Shown piece by piece: positions 63,872 through 64,000 of a DNA stretch of 64,000 nucleotides; position 1 is the first letter of the stretch, and each line of letters begins with the position of its first letter. The notes under the pieces were generated by a model. It ran no database searches and was not told the origin of the DNA. It was given only the letters and a program-made list of their open reading frames with translations. The position numbers were made by a program, and so were the translations under genes. This DNA comes from a virus, in IMG/VR virus record IMGVR_UViG_3300045283_000349, positions 2,968 to 66,967 of that record. One strand, written 5' to 3'.

Positions 63872-64000
63872 GTAAATGCCTTGTTTTTATAACGGGGGAC
63901 GGTCGCGCTTCGCGGCGGCTGCCTCGCCCAGAAGCTCCTGGTAGGCGGTCAGCAGCCGCTCAAATTGGTCCTTCAGCTTGCGGTAGTACTCGGCCGCCCC

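Larger units (their letters stand above)
1..64000. mobile_element. Tailed phage with contractile tail and Mu-like head, probably a temperate phage-plasmid; partial genome
   Basis: TerL, portal, capsid, sheath, tube, TMP and baseplate plus Rep, ParA, DnaB and a TA pair; no host core genes; no integrase or transposase seen. Confidence 0.93.

Overview
The whole window is one high-GC tailed-phage genome segment, cut at both ends, with no host housekeeping genes. It carries a Mu-like head module (TerL, DUF935 portal, gpF, gpI protease with nested scaffold, gpT capsid) and a contractile tail and baseplate. No MuA/MuB transposase or integrase is visible. Instead there is a plasmid-type maintenance set: a large putative Rep with internal 11-bp iterons, ParA plus a small ribbon-helix-helix partner, DnaB, and an AbrB-Doc addiction module. 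This suggests a temperate phage-plasmid. Low-complexity lipoproteins hint at a myxobacterial host (inference). Signals read directly from the DNA: (1) a 7-copy phage-specific, mostly leaderless late promoter (CGAAAC[C/G]-TT[G/T]RRG-N17/18-NANNNT), with a sigma-region-4-only protein as candidate activator; (2) six co-oriented arrays of an 8-bp unit (consensus TTGACCTR), four of them about 10 kb apart; (3) a late-expressed TGT/DpdA-like plus QueD gene pair pointing to 7-deazaguanine-type DNA modification; (4) a glycosyltransferase between two collagen-like fibre genes inside the head module; (5) several structured non-coding regions; (6) four single-site frameshifts that may be assembly errors. 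All protein calls come from motif recognition and gene context; no database search was run.
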